Shown: piece by piece, positions 40,545-52,540 of the stretch | Layout: every line of letters begins with the position of its first letter | How positions within the stretch are numbered: position 1 is the stretch's first letter | From: Eledone cirrhosa | Lineage: Eukaryota | DNA: 64,000 nt | NCBI GenBank assembly: GCA_964016885.1 | Contig: OZ024743.1 | Location: 338,458,001 to 338,522,000, forward strand | Direction: 5' to 3' | The notes under the pieces: model-generated | Told to the model about the DNA's origin: nothing | Database searches by the model: none | Seen by the model: only the letters and a program-made list of their open reading frames with translations | Made by a program: the position numbers and the translations under genes

Positions 40545-41786
40545 TTTCTATTTATTAACCACGATGGCACAAAAGAAGGGGACAAATACAGGGAGGGGGG
40601 TACATAAAAGAACGAGTAAAAAACAAATAAATATAAAATTAACAATACAGTCCTCAATAGGGAGGAGGCGTTTTGGGGATCGCACACACCCCCGAAAAAG
40701 TGTGCAACCCTTTTCCTTGGGAGCACAGAGAGAGGGTGCTCCCTTGAACTTCCACATTGCCACCTACAGGCTGATAAAGAGAGAAGGCCCATTCACACGG
40801 GCCATTCTCGCTACTTTCACCCACCTTTCATAAAACTTGCTGGGGTAGAGCACCTCTCTCTCCATTCTGATCCTTCTCTTAAAATGGTATTTAAAGAAAA
40901 GGATCAGTTGTTGGCCGGAGAGAAAGGTGTCCGACCTCAGCCCTTTCAAACGTGTCCACCATACCTATTCTTTCGCCATGGCTATTACACAGAGGAAGAC
41001 CGCCTCTCCTTCATTTTTGAAGGGGGGGGGGGGCTTGATCGTTACAATGGACTCGGTGGTCAACCGGATTGGTCCCACCCGTGACAGCAGTCGTTCGACA
41101 TAGCCCCACAGATCGGCAACGCCCGAGCAGTGTACCAATGCGTGCGCAACGGGTTCCTCGTCGCGCACGCATCTGGGACAGATCTTTTTCGAGGGCTCCC
41201 TACCCGGGCGCCCGTGTCTGTAGAGCTTTTCTCAAACGGGCAGCACCCCTCGGAAGCACTGCCAGGCCAGGGACCTCTGGAAGTTGTCCATAGGTCCCGG
41301 GCCAAATGTCCTACCGAATAGGCTGGCCAGTTCGTCTTCTTCTATGCCTAGGGCTTCTCCGAGGGCGTCGTCGCACCTGCTAACCACCAGCCCTCTATAG
41401 AATGGCGAGGTGGAGTCTCCACCGACAGCCGGGTCCGCCTGCCAGAGAGCCGTGACCGCCTGGGCACACTCGTTGCGCCAGGCGCCCAGTTTTCTCGGTC
41501 TTTGCTTGACCCAGGACTGCAGCTCGGTGAGCGAGACGAGTCTCAGAAAGGCTCGCCTCACAAACGGGGCCCACACCGGTTGACATCAGCAGCCACGGCC
41601 TCCCCAGCCCTCCTTTCGAAGGGTGTTGACAGCAGATGGATCTCCTCACCAAAGGAGCCCGCTTCTTCCAAAGGAATTAGAAGAGTGCGCGCTCTATTTT
41701 GGTCAGCGTTTCCCTTGGGCAAGGCACGACGGTCAGGCGGTAATAGATGACGGACGCTATATAAGCGTTCGCCACCTCCGCCCGAG
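40545..41786 (-). mobile_element. Tx1-clade LINE copy A, 5'-truncated with internal deletion
   Basis: ORF2 C-terminal pieces (KGGLG.P, DNFQRSLAWQCFRGVLPV, C..C.DEE..AHAL..C, ending SLFISL* at 40764). The 3' UTR ends ...gttaataaatagaaac and abuts (TCTA)n. Confidence 0.92.
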
Positions 41787-41926
41787 AAACAAACAATTAT
41801 AACAATCGAAATCCCAATAAAGGGGAAGCGCCACAAATGGGTTGTTTAAACCCTGTCGATAGAACAACCCTCAACTTCGGGAGCGTGTTGTGCAAGTGCT
41901 CCTTTCTTCCTTTTGCTCTCTTTAAC

Positions 41927-44900
41927 CTACAGGCTTATGAACAGAGAAGGCCCAATCACTCGGGCCATTTTTGCCACATTCACCCACCTTTCAGTAAATT
42001 TACTGGGATGCAGTGCCTCTCTCTCCACTCTGATTCTCTTTCTAAAGTGATACTTAAAGAAAGGAATCAATTGTTGTCCGGAGACAAAGGCATCGTTGTC
42101 AGTTCTCTCAATCTCGTCCACCATATAACTTCTTTCACCATAGCCACTGTACAGAGGAAAAACCGCCTCTCTTTCGTTTTTGAAAGAGGCTGGCGGTTTG
42201 ATCCTTACTATGGACTCGGCAGTCAACTGGATTTGTCCCATACGCGACAGCAGTTGTTCCGCGTAGTTACACAGGTCGGTTACGCCCGGACAGTGTACAA
42301 TTCGTGCAGGACGGTTTCAATGGCCTGCGCGCATCTTGGACACGTCCTCTTGGAAGGATCCCTGCCGGGGCGTCCGTGCCTGTAGATTTTATCACGAACT
42401 GGTAGAGCTCCTCGGTAGCACTGCTAGGCCAGGGACCTCTGGAAGTTGTCCATAGGTCCCGGGCGGTAAGTCCTACCAAACAGACTGGTGAGCTCATCGT
42501 CTTCGACGCCCAGAGTCTCTCCGAACACGTCGTTGCCCTTGTAACGTACAATCCCTCTATAGAATGTCGAAGTGGAGTCTCCACTGATTGCTGCGCCCGC
42601 TTGCCAGAGGATGTGAGCTCCTGAGCGCATTCAATGTGCCAGGCGCCCATCGTTTTCGGTCTTTTCTTGACCCAGGACTGCAGCTCCGTCAGCGAGGCGA
42701 GCTGCGGGAAAGCCTGTCTCGAAAACGGTGCCCACACCGGTTGGGGGTCGATGAGGAATACCTGGAGATGCTGCAGCCTCAGTGCATGTTTGCGCATCAT
42801 CAGCCACACGGCATTCCCAGCCCTCCGTTGGAAGGGTGCTGACAGCAGACGGATCTCCTAACCAACGGCGCCTGCTTCTTCCACAGAAACTGGAAGAGCA
42901 TGCGTTCCATCTTGGCGAGGTGTTCACGGGGACAAGGCACGACAGTCAAGCGTAGGTAGATGACGGACATTATGAAAGTGTTTGCCACCTCTGCTCGAGC
43001 TTTCAAAGACAGTTTGCACTCTGCCCACTTCTGTGTGAGCGCAAACACCTTGGCCGTGACCTCGTTCCAGTGTTTCTCCACCTGGAGGCCTGGACCGAAC
43101 CAGACTCCGAGCAATTTCACCAGTCCGTCCGTCCAGCGTCCAACGACGCTGTCGGACGTCATCGGTTTGCCTCTCCACGTACCGAGTTGCAAACCGACAG
43201 ACTTGTCCGGGTTTAGTTTGCTCCCGTCAGCGTTTCGTATTCTTTCAGTAAGTTGCCGATCACCCCGATTTCCAAGGTGCTCGACACCATTACCGCCACG
43301 TCGTCGGCATAAGCAGACGCCGCTTTGCGCAGTCCCGGTTCTAGAGGGATGCCCTGCAACAGCTCCAATTTTCGCAGTAGTGGCTCTAGAGTCAATACAT
43401 ACAGAATGGAGGAGAGAGGGCACCCCTGTCGAATGGAACGCGTGGTTGCGAACGGCTCCGATAGGTAGCCGTTCACCTTGACCCTCGAGCAGATGCTGGT
43501 GTGCATCGCCTCGATCCAGCCTCTGAAAACGGTACCGAAACCGGCCGCCTTGAGAACCGCTTCCAAGTATCGATGGTCGACCCTATCGAATGCCTTAGAC
43601 AGATCCAAATTGATCAGAGCCCCACCGAAGCCGGGTTTACTACCAACCCTCTCTATGATGTATCGCATGAGGTGGAGGTTGTCGTGTATGGACCTGGTCA
43701 GGATTGCACACGTTTGCGCTTTCCCTACCAGATTCTCGACGACAAACGCCAACCTCGTCGCTAGCACCTTGGCCAAAATCTTTAACTCTGTGTTGAGCAG
43801 AGTTATGGGCCTGAAGTTGTTAATTTCGTCCCCCTTGTTCTCGTCTTTCCTAATCAGCGTTACTACGCCCTTGCCTGCAGAACTGGGAATTCTGCCGTTA
43901 TGTTGCCAATTGCAGTAGACGGCTTCGAGGACGCCAGAGAACAAGTCCGGCATGCCTATGTAAAACGCATAGGGTAGACCATCTAGACCGGGTGACTTGC
44001 GTTTCCCGCAGCGGCCAGAGACGCGGCAGGCCGTCGAGGTATGAACTAAAGTCTATTGCCCCGTTAGGCTCACCGTCATTATGCTCAAACAGTCGCGCAA
44101 AGTGCGGCTGAAAGGCCGCGCACATTTGCTTGGGGTCAAGTAGCACGAATCGTGGACTTGTTGCCACTTCTCACTTCCGCCAGTCGGGCCCAGCTGACAG
44201 CTTTCGCTCCTTCGTTTCCTAGAGCACGTGTTTTGCTTCTGACCACGCAGCCTTCGTGTATGGCATCGAAGAACTGGTCCAAAGCCGTTCTCGACGCTAA
44301 CACTCTTGCCGCGATGCCACTTCTAAGTGCTTCCTCTACCTTGGCTACTAGTTCTCTTTCTATTTTGTTTTTCTCTAAGGCTAATTCTCTGCTAAACCCT
44401 ATTGATTCTACTCTAATTGCTTTCTTGAGAGAGTACCACCATCTATTGTTGACGATGGCTCCCGTTAACTGTTGCTTGACTAGTCTACTTATCCGTTCAC
44501 TGTAAGCGTTACGTGCCGGCAACGACACGTTCAGCTTCCAGCAACCGGGTCCCTGTCTATGTGTTCTATTACGGTTGACTATGCTGCAGACGACTAATTT
44601 GTGATCTGAATAAGCAACCATGTGCATTCGTGGACAGCTTAACATCTCCTTGTCCAATTCTCTAATGAAGAACCTATCTAAATACGATCTAGATGTCCCG
44701 CTGCGGTTTGCCCACGTCCACTGTGGTGCAGTCGGGAAATCTAGTTGATATCTATCGGCCAGTTGGAATTGGCCGATTAGATTTTTGAGGCTGTTGCACC
44801 CCGCTCTACTGGGACATGCTCCCACATAGTCCCATCGTGCATTTAGGATACCATTCTAGTCCCCCACTAAAAGTAAGGAGCGAGACGTTCCCAGAAAATA

Positions 44901-45286
44901 CTCTAGACGCTTAAAGAAGTCTGGCCACGATTGTGATTGCCCGGTCGGGGTATAAACGGCCACCAGTCTGAAGGCTCCACCTTCAATACTGTTCACGTCT
45001 AGAACTACCAGTCTACCCTCTGGGTCCAAGTGTACTTGCTCTACTTCGACGTCCAGGTTCTTCCGAAACATGACAGCCACTCTCCCTCCACCCCTGGATG
45101 ACAGAGAGATGCGTAGATATCAAAGTCGTCGAAGATGGGGGTTAGTTGCTGCCTGTTGTGGATCCTGGACTCGGTGATGGCTATCACATCCATACCCTGT
45201 GACCTAAGGTCGTTTAAAAGCTGGCCCTGTTTCCAGGGCATCCCTAGGCCACGCACATTCACGCTTCCAACTCGTAAACTAGCCAT
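41927..45286 (-). pseudogene. Tx1/L1-type ORF2 (APE endonuclease, reverse transcriptase, C-terminal Cys domain) with frameshifts and stops
   Basis: ORF-track fragments MASLRVGSVNVRGL..IAITES, GRLVVLDV..VAVYTP..LLVGD, WTW..SYLDRF..YSDHKLV, NFRPITLLNTELKILAKVLA, LDLSKAFDRVDH, SIRQGCPLS, AYADDV, VKLLGVWF, GGLGMP. Confidence 0.95.
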
Positions 45287-45327
45287 GTTGGTGGAGAAGA
45301 GTTGGCGAAAAGGACGAAAAGGTGTAC

Positions 45328-46468
45328 TTACCTTTTCGTTTCCTGGAGATCGGGTTGTTCAATCTCCATTTCAGTTCTGGTGGGTGTGTTGAGTGGGGCG
45401 AGGAAACATTTCAACAGGACACGGTTTATTGGTTTTTGGCAGGGGTTGCCAACGTCCTGTGAAAACTGTTCTTTCAATTTCTGATAGGTTTCTATCGAAA
45501 CCCTTATTAATTTTAGGTGTGGTTGAGAGTCTGCTTTTACAAAAGTTTTCCCCTCAGTGTCTACTTTGGGATCTTGGGAGATGACTTCCATTAGGTTTAT
45601 GTTGTTTGTGTTAATGTATGTGTATTGTTGTTTGTTTTTTTGTTGTGTTGTTTTGGTTTGTTGTTTATTTTGTAGTTTTCTTTTTATGGTTGGCATTTGT
45701 GTTTTGGGTGGTGATGGTGTTTGTTTTGTTGGTAGGGGGAGGGGGTTATTGTGGTGGTGTTTGTGTTGTTGTTTGTGTTGGTGGTGGTGTGTTCGTGTTG
45801 GTGATTGTTGTTTTTGTGGCTTTGTGGTGTCTCTTTTTTTTATTTATTTTTTTTATTTACGAGGCTCTCCATCTTCACTTGGGGATGGAGAAGTAGCCTC
45901 GTCTGGTGATGAATCCTCATCAGGGGCGTGTGGGAGGGGTATGTTGTGTGGTGATGGTGTGTTTGTGTGTGTGATTGTGGTAGTGTTGGATGGAGTGGGA
46001 TGGGGTGGGACTGTGTTTTTCAGGGGAATTGTTTGTTTCTTCTGTTGTTTGTGGTTGAACACTTGTTTGTTTTTGTGTATTTGCTTGTTTTGTGTGTTGT
46101 TGTTGTTGTGGTTTTGGAGTTGGTGTTGGTAAAAGTACTTTTTGGGGGGTTGAGGTGTATATTCGTAAGAGGGGACAGGAGGCCTTTAAATGCGATGTGC
46201 TTGCGCATTTAAAACAATGTGCCCCCCCCCCCCTTCTGCCGAAATCTGTATATAGTTTGTATTGTCTACCGGAACCCTTTCTGGTATCTTGGAAATTCTG
46301 TCCGGTTTCATTTGGACCAAAATTTCCAAGCTTGTGCCGTTCCAGGTGTTTCTTGTGGATTTTTGAATCGACAGTATTGTGTCTTCATCCCCCTCCAAGA
46401 ACCCTGCCAGAATCCACCAGATGTTAATGTTGGGTGGCATATTGGTGATGTTTATTCTTTGTGTTCTT
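45328..46468 (-). pseudogene. Tx1 ORF1 3' part with CCHC zinc knuckle and long low-complexity T/Q/K/P tract
   Basis: Minus strand near 46172-46220 reads HCFKCASTSHLKASCP (CX2CX4HX4C). It lies immediately upstream of the ORF2 ATG and is frameshifted. Confidence 0.8.
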
Positions 46469-46660
46469 GACAGACAGATATATAGATATATTTCTTATAT
46501 AGATAGACAGATAGAAAGAGAGTCGGGCAGATAGATAGATTATATTAGATAGATAAACAGACAGTTAGATAGCTAGATAGCTAGCTAGATAGAAAGATAA
46601 ATAGATAAATAAATATATAGATAGATAAATAGATAGATAGATAGATAGATAGATAGATCA

Positions 46661-49138
46661 TTTTCTTTTTATTTGCCACCAGGGCATCAAAAAGTGGGAC
46701 AAGTACAATGGGGGAGTTTACATAAAAAGGCGTCCCCAATAAGGAGGAGACAATAACAAAATATAAAAATAAAATAAAATATAACAAAAGAAAATTTATA
46801 ACAAAATCCTCAATAGAGAGGAGGCGCCTTGGGGGGTCGCACACACCCCCGAAAAAAGTGTGCAACCCTTCTCCTCAGGAGCACAGAGAGAGGGTGCTCC
46901 CTTGGTCTTTCATCTTCCTCACCTATAGACTGATGTAGAGTGAAGGCCCATTCACACGGGCCATTCTCGCCACTTTCACCCATCTTTCATAAAAACGGCT
47001 GGGGTGGAGCACCTCTCTCTCCATCCTGATCCTTCTTCCGAAATGATATCGGAAGAAAAGGACCAGTTGTTGGCCAGAGAGAAAGGTGTCTGACCTCAGT
47101 CCTTTCAGACGCGTCCACCATACAACCTCTTTCACCATGGCTATTACGCACAGAAACATCGCCTCTCCTTCGTTTTTGAAGAGGGGAAGCGGCTTGACCG
47201 TTACAATAGACACGGTGGTCAACCGGATCGGTCCCACCCTTGACAGCAGTTGTTTGACATAGCCCCACAGATCGGCAATTCCCGAGCAGTGTACCAATGC
47301 GTGGGCAACGGTTTCCTCGTCGCACACGCATCTGGGACAGATCTTTTTCGAGGGGACCCTACCCGGGCGCCCGTGTCTGTAGAGCCTTTCTCGAACGGGC
47401 AGAGCCCTTCTGTAGCACTGCCAGGCCAGGGACCTCTGGAAGTTATCCCTTGGTCCCGGGCTGAATGTCCTACCGAACAGGTTGGCCAGTTCGTCTTCCT
47501 CCATGCCTAGGGCTTCTCCGAGGGCGTCGTCGCACCTGCTAACCACCAGCCCGCTATAGAATGACGAGGTGGATTCTCCACTGACAGCTGGGTCCGCCTG
47601 CCAGAGAGCCGTGAGCGCCTGGGCACACTCGGTGTGCCAGGCGCCCAGTTTTCTCGGTCTTTGCTTGACCCAGGATTGCAGCTCGGTGAGTGAGACGAGT
47701 CTGGGAAAGGCTCGCTTCACAAACGGGGCCCACACCGGTTGACCGGTGAGGAATACCTGGAGGTGCCGTAGCCTTAATGCGTGTTTACGTATCATTAGCC
47801 ACGGTATCCCCAGCCCTCCTTTCGAAGGGTGTTGACAACAGATGGACTCCTCACCATAGGAGCCCGCTTCTTCCAAAGGAACTGGAAGAGTGCGCGCTCC
47901 ATTTTGGCGAGCGTTTCCCTTGGGCAAGGCACAACGGTCAGGCGGAAGTAGATGACGGACGCTATATAAGTGTTCGCCACCTCCGCCCGACCTTTCAGGG
48001 ACAGTTTGCACTCGGCCCACTTTTGGGTCAGTGCAAACACCCTGTTCGTTACCTCACCCCAGTTCTTCTCCACCTGGAGGTCTGGTCCGAACCAGACCCC
48101 GAGCAACTTCACCGGGCCCTCCGTCCAACGCCCGACGACGCCATCGGAAGACATCGATCTGCCCCTCCACGTGCCGAGTTGCAGACCGATCGACTTGTCC
48201 CGGTTCAGCTTAGCCCCTGTAAACCTTTCGGACTCCTCCAGTAAGGTGCCGATCGCCCCGATTTCCAAGGCCGTCGACACCACTACTGTTACGTCGTCGG
48301 CGTAGGCCGACACCGCTTTTCGCAGTCCTGGTTCCAAAGGGATGCCATGCAATATCTCCAACTTCCGCAGTAGTGGCTCGAGAGTCAGTACGTACAGAAG
48401 AGAGGAGAGAGGGCATCCCTGTCGGATGGATCGCGCGATTTCAAACGGCTCCGAGAGGTAGCCGTTCACCTTGACCCTAGAGCAGATGCGGCTGCTGTGC
48501 ATGGCATTGATCCAGCCCCTGAAAACGGGTCCGAAGCCTGCCGCCGCTAGCACCGCATCCAGGTAACCATGGTCGACCCTATCGAACGCCTTAGATTGAT
48601 CCAAGTTGATCAGGGCTCCACCAAAGCCGGGTTCGTTCCCAACCCTCTATATGATGTATCGCATGAGGTGGAGGTTGTCGTGGATGGACCTGGACGGGAT
48701 AGCACATGTCTGCGCATCTCCCACCAGGTTGCCCACGACAAGCGCCAACCTCTTTGCTAGCACCTTGGCCAAAATCTGTAACTCTGTATTTAGCAGAGTT
48801 ATGGGCCTGAAATTATTTATATCGCCCCCATTGTTCTCGTCCTTCCTCACAGCACAGGGAATTCTCCCGTTCTGTTGCCAGTTGCAGTAGACCACCTCGA
48901 GGAGATCGGGGAACAAGTCCGGCATAGCTAGATATAGTTCGTATGGAAGACCATCGAGACCCGGGGATTTGCGTTTGCCGCATTGGCTCAGCACGTCCTC
49001 TATCTCAGCGGCTGAAATCGGCTCCTCGCAGGACTTCGCCTCCCTGTCCGAGAGGCGCGGCAGGCCGTCGAGGTATGGACCGAAGTCCACATCCCCAACC
49101 GGCTACCCGCCCCTTCCGAACAATCTGGCAAAGTGCTT
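46661..49138 (-). mobile_element. Tx1-clade LINE copy C, 5'-truncated, same subfamily as A
   Basis: KSPGLDGLPYELY, NFRPITLLNTE, DQSKAFDRVDH, IRQGCPLS, AYADDV, CPRC..DEETVAHAL..C, ending SLYISL* at 46923. The 3' UTR is alignable to copy A and ends ...gcaaataaaaagaaaa next to (TCTA)n. Confidence 0.93.
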
Positions 49139-49147
49139 TATAGATAT

Positions 49148-49193
49148 GTTTCTTTATTAGCCACAGGGGCACAAAAGAAGGGGTCAAATACAA
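49148..49193 (-). mobile_element. Tx1 copy D, only the terminal ~45 nt of the 3' UTR
   Basis: Minus strand tgtatttgaccccttcttttgtgcccctgtggctaataaagaaac closely matches the copy A terminus tgtatttgtccccttcttttgtgccatcgtggttaataaatagaaac, and is flanked by GATA-type sequence. Confidence 0.85.
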
Positions 49194-49776
49194 ATAGATA
49201 GATAGATAGATAGACAGACAGATAAATAGATAGATAGATACATAGACAGACAGATAGATAGATATATAGAGACAGATAGATAAACAGATAAACAGATAAA
49301 CAGATATTCATTTCGTGGTACAACACGAGTCGTATCTTTTTTTTAAAACATAAAATCTATTATAACGACGAAGACGTTTAAATTCTTGAAAAGCATCTGG
49401 CAACCAGCGGGAACAGTCGTGTTTTATTATCGGTATGTTTGCTAACTGATGTAGTTTGTATTTCAGTTCCTCTTTGTGAGGGTCGTTCTCATTCGGTTAC
49501 ACGCATGTTTTTTTATTTTATTTTTTATTTAGTGTTTGTGTTTGATTTTTGTTTTCCTGTGTGTCTGTATATAGGTATTATGTATGTGTGTGTGTGTATA
49601 TGTATTGTACGTACACATGTATGTATGTATGCATGTATGTATGTACACACACACATATATATATATGTATATGTATGTATATATATATATATGTATATAT
49701 ATATATGAATGTAAATATATGTATATATATATAAATATACACATACATATACACATATATATTATATATAAATGCA

Positions 49777-49844
<68 letters not shown>

Positions 49845-49850
49845 GACACA

Positions 49851-49911
<61 letters not shown>

Positions 49912-49949
49912 TCTACCCGCCGAAATGCGATTCTCGCTAAATTTATATT

Positions 49950-49992
<43 letters not shown>

Positions 49993-49993
49993 A

Positions 49994-50068
<75 letters not shown>

Positions 50069-50220
50069 CCGTACACATAAATGCTTATAAATAAAAAAAT
50101 CTGTTAATAATTAAGAAGTGGATCGACAATAATTAGAAGTAGGTGCTTCCCTTGCCCTTACCCCAGGGACAGGACGGAACTGGAATGGCAATGGAGGAGA
50201 GGTAGAACGACAGTTAGGCT

Positions 50221-50358
50221 TCATCTAGCCGTGTATTCCAGATTATATTTGGGAAATACATTTGAAAACTTTTTATAGACTTCTCTATAATCCGCATGAT
50301 GAGCCGTGTTATTACGGTAGACTGACTCCGCTAGATAGAGCCTCTGGCCATATATTAT
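50221..50358 (-). CDS. Candidate terminal coding exon of an unidentified gene
   Basis: After a possible acceptor (cactcag) a 45-codon frame IIYGQRLYLAESVYRNNTAHHADYREVYKKFSNVFPKYNLEYTAR* sits in a unique-sequence island between microsatellites. No homologue recognised. Confidence 0.35.
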   Translation of the reverse strand: MIYGQRLYLAESVYRNNTAHHADYREVYKKFSNVFPKYNLEYTAR

Positions 50359-50359
50359 C

Positions 50360-51095
50360 TGAGTGTATAGGTATGTGTTGTGTTGGTGTGTGATTATCTG
50401 AGCATATAGGTGTGTGTTGTGTTAGTGTGTGTTGGTGTGTAGGTGTGTGTGTGAGTGTGTGTGAGTGTATGTTGGTGTGTGTGTTGGTGTCTGTAGGTGT
50501 ATGTTGGTATGTGTTGGTATGTGTGAGTTAGTGTTGGTGTTGGTGTGTTGGTGTGTGTTGGTGTAGGTGTATGTTGGTGTGTGTGTGTTGGTGTGTGTGT
50601 GTGTGTGTGTTGGTGTGTGTGAGTTAGTGTTGGTGTTGGTGTGTTGGTGTGTGTTGGTGTAGGTGTATGTTGGTGTGTGTGTGTTGGTGTGTGTGTTGGT
50701 GTCTGTAGGTGTATGTTGGTATGTGTTGGTATGTGTGAGTTAGTGTTGGTGTTGGTGTGTGTTGGTGTACGTGTATGTTGGTGTGTGTGTGTGTGTTGGT
50801 GTGTGTGAGTGTGTGTTGGTGTGTGTTGGTGTGTGTGTGTGTGTGTGTGTGTGTGTAGGTGTTGGTGTGTGTAAGTGTGTTGTCTTGTGTGAGTGTGTGT
50901 TGATGTTGGTGTGAGTGTAAGTGGGTGTTGGTGTTGGTGTGAGTGTAAGTGTGTGTTGGTGTGTGTGTGTGTGTAGGAGTGTAAGTGTATGTGTGTGTGT
51001 GTGTGTGTGTGTAAGTGTATGTGTGTGTGTGTGTGTGTGTGTAGGCGAGTGTATGTGAGTAGGTGTTGTGTGTTGATGTGTAGGTGTGTATAGAT
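50360..51095. repeat. Complex (GT)/(GTTGGT) microsatellite
   Basis: Direct reading. Confidence 0.9.
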
Positions 51096-51215
51096 AGATA
51101 GATAGAACAGGAAAGTTAGGTAAATTTTTAGGCAATAATGCCGGCGATGACGGAAATACTGATGATGATAATGATGATGATGATAACAAGGACGCTGTCT
51201 GGAGCGGCAGCTCTT

Positions 51216-51602
51216 GTGGTCGTGGTGGTGGTGGTGGTGGTGATGGTGGTGTTGTTGGTGGTAGTGGTGGTGGTGGTGGTGGTAGTGGTGGTGGTGATGG
51301 TGGTGGTAGAGGTGTTGTTGGTGGTGATGATGGTTGTGGTGATGGTGGTGGTGGTGGTGGTGGTGGTGGTGGTGGTAGCGGTGGTGATGGTGGTGATGGT
51401 AGTGGTGTTGTTGTTGGTGGTGGTGGCTGTAGTGGTGGTGGTGGTGGTGGTGGTAAATTTGATGATGATGATTATGGTAATAATGGCGATGATGGTAATG
51501 ATGACGATTGCGATGATGATGATGATAATGCTGAATACGACGATGAGGATAGGGATGATGTTGATGATGATGATGATGATTGCGATGATGATGATAATGA
51601 TA
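51216..51602. repeat. (GGT)n followed by (GAT)n trinucleotide tract
   Basis: Direct reading. Confidence 0.92.
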
Positions 51603-52366
51603 AAAAACAACAAGAAAAACGTTTACTTCACATACACTTCTCCCGTCGCCTCCCCACCCGTCCCCATCAGCCCCATTCCCCGTCCCCGGCCGTCAGTACC
51701 CCCCGTACCCCTGTACCCGGGGGTGTCATAGTTACTATTAATGACCATCCCCATCGGACCAGTACAAATATTTACATTGAAAATCCTTCTTACCATTTCT
51801 ATATCTCTACAAGGAGGGGGGGTGTAGAGTGTTTATAACAACTTCCAATATAAACATATGTGAAGGGAGGAGGAAGAGGGGGTGGGGGAGAAGAAGAAGA
51901 AAGAGGAGGAGGAGGAGGAGGAGGAGCAGGAGAAGAAAAAGAAGAAGGAGGAGGAGAGAAGAAGGAGGAGAGAAGGAATAAAGATGGTGGAGTGTGTGTG
52001 TGTCTGTGTGTCTCTGTGTGTGTATGAAAGGGGGTGTGAAGGGAGGAGGGGTAGAGTAATAAAGATGGTGGGGTGTGTGTCTGTGTGAGGAGGGGGTAGG
52101 GGGTATTACGATTTAATTATTTTTTACAATTTTAAAAACATGTATATATGTGTGTATAGATATAGATATATAAATGTATGTGTGTATATATATATATATA
52201 TGTGTGTGTATAGATAGATATATAAATGCATGTATGTGTATATATATGTGTGTGTATGTGTATGTAATTACACGTGTATCTATATATCTGTGTGTATATA
52301 TATGTGTGTGTGTTTGTATATATATATATGTATGTGCGTGTATGTATATATATATATATGTGTGTG

Positions 52367-52399
<33 letters not shown>

Positions 52400-52540
52400 A
52401 AAGAGGTGAATATTAAATTAACTTCTGGTACTTATTTAATAGACCCCTGCAGTTTATAGAAAGTGAAATATCGTCTCACCCTGCAGTGACTTGGACTCCA
52501 AACATCCAGGAACGGGACTAAATAGACACTGACAGGGTAT

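Larger units (their letters stand above)
41787..46468 (-). mobile_element. Tx1-clade LINE copy B, nearly full length, different subfamily (distinct 3' UTR)
   Basis: Partial ORF1 plus complete but disrupted ORF2. The 3' UTR 41787-41926 is unrelated to the UTR of copies A and C. The 5' end is truncated at a GACA/GATA tract. Confidence 0.93.
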
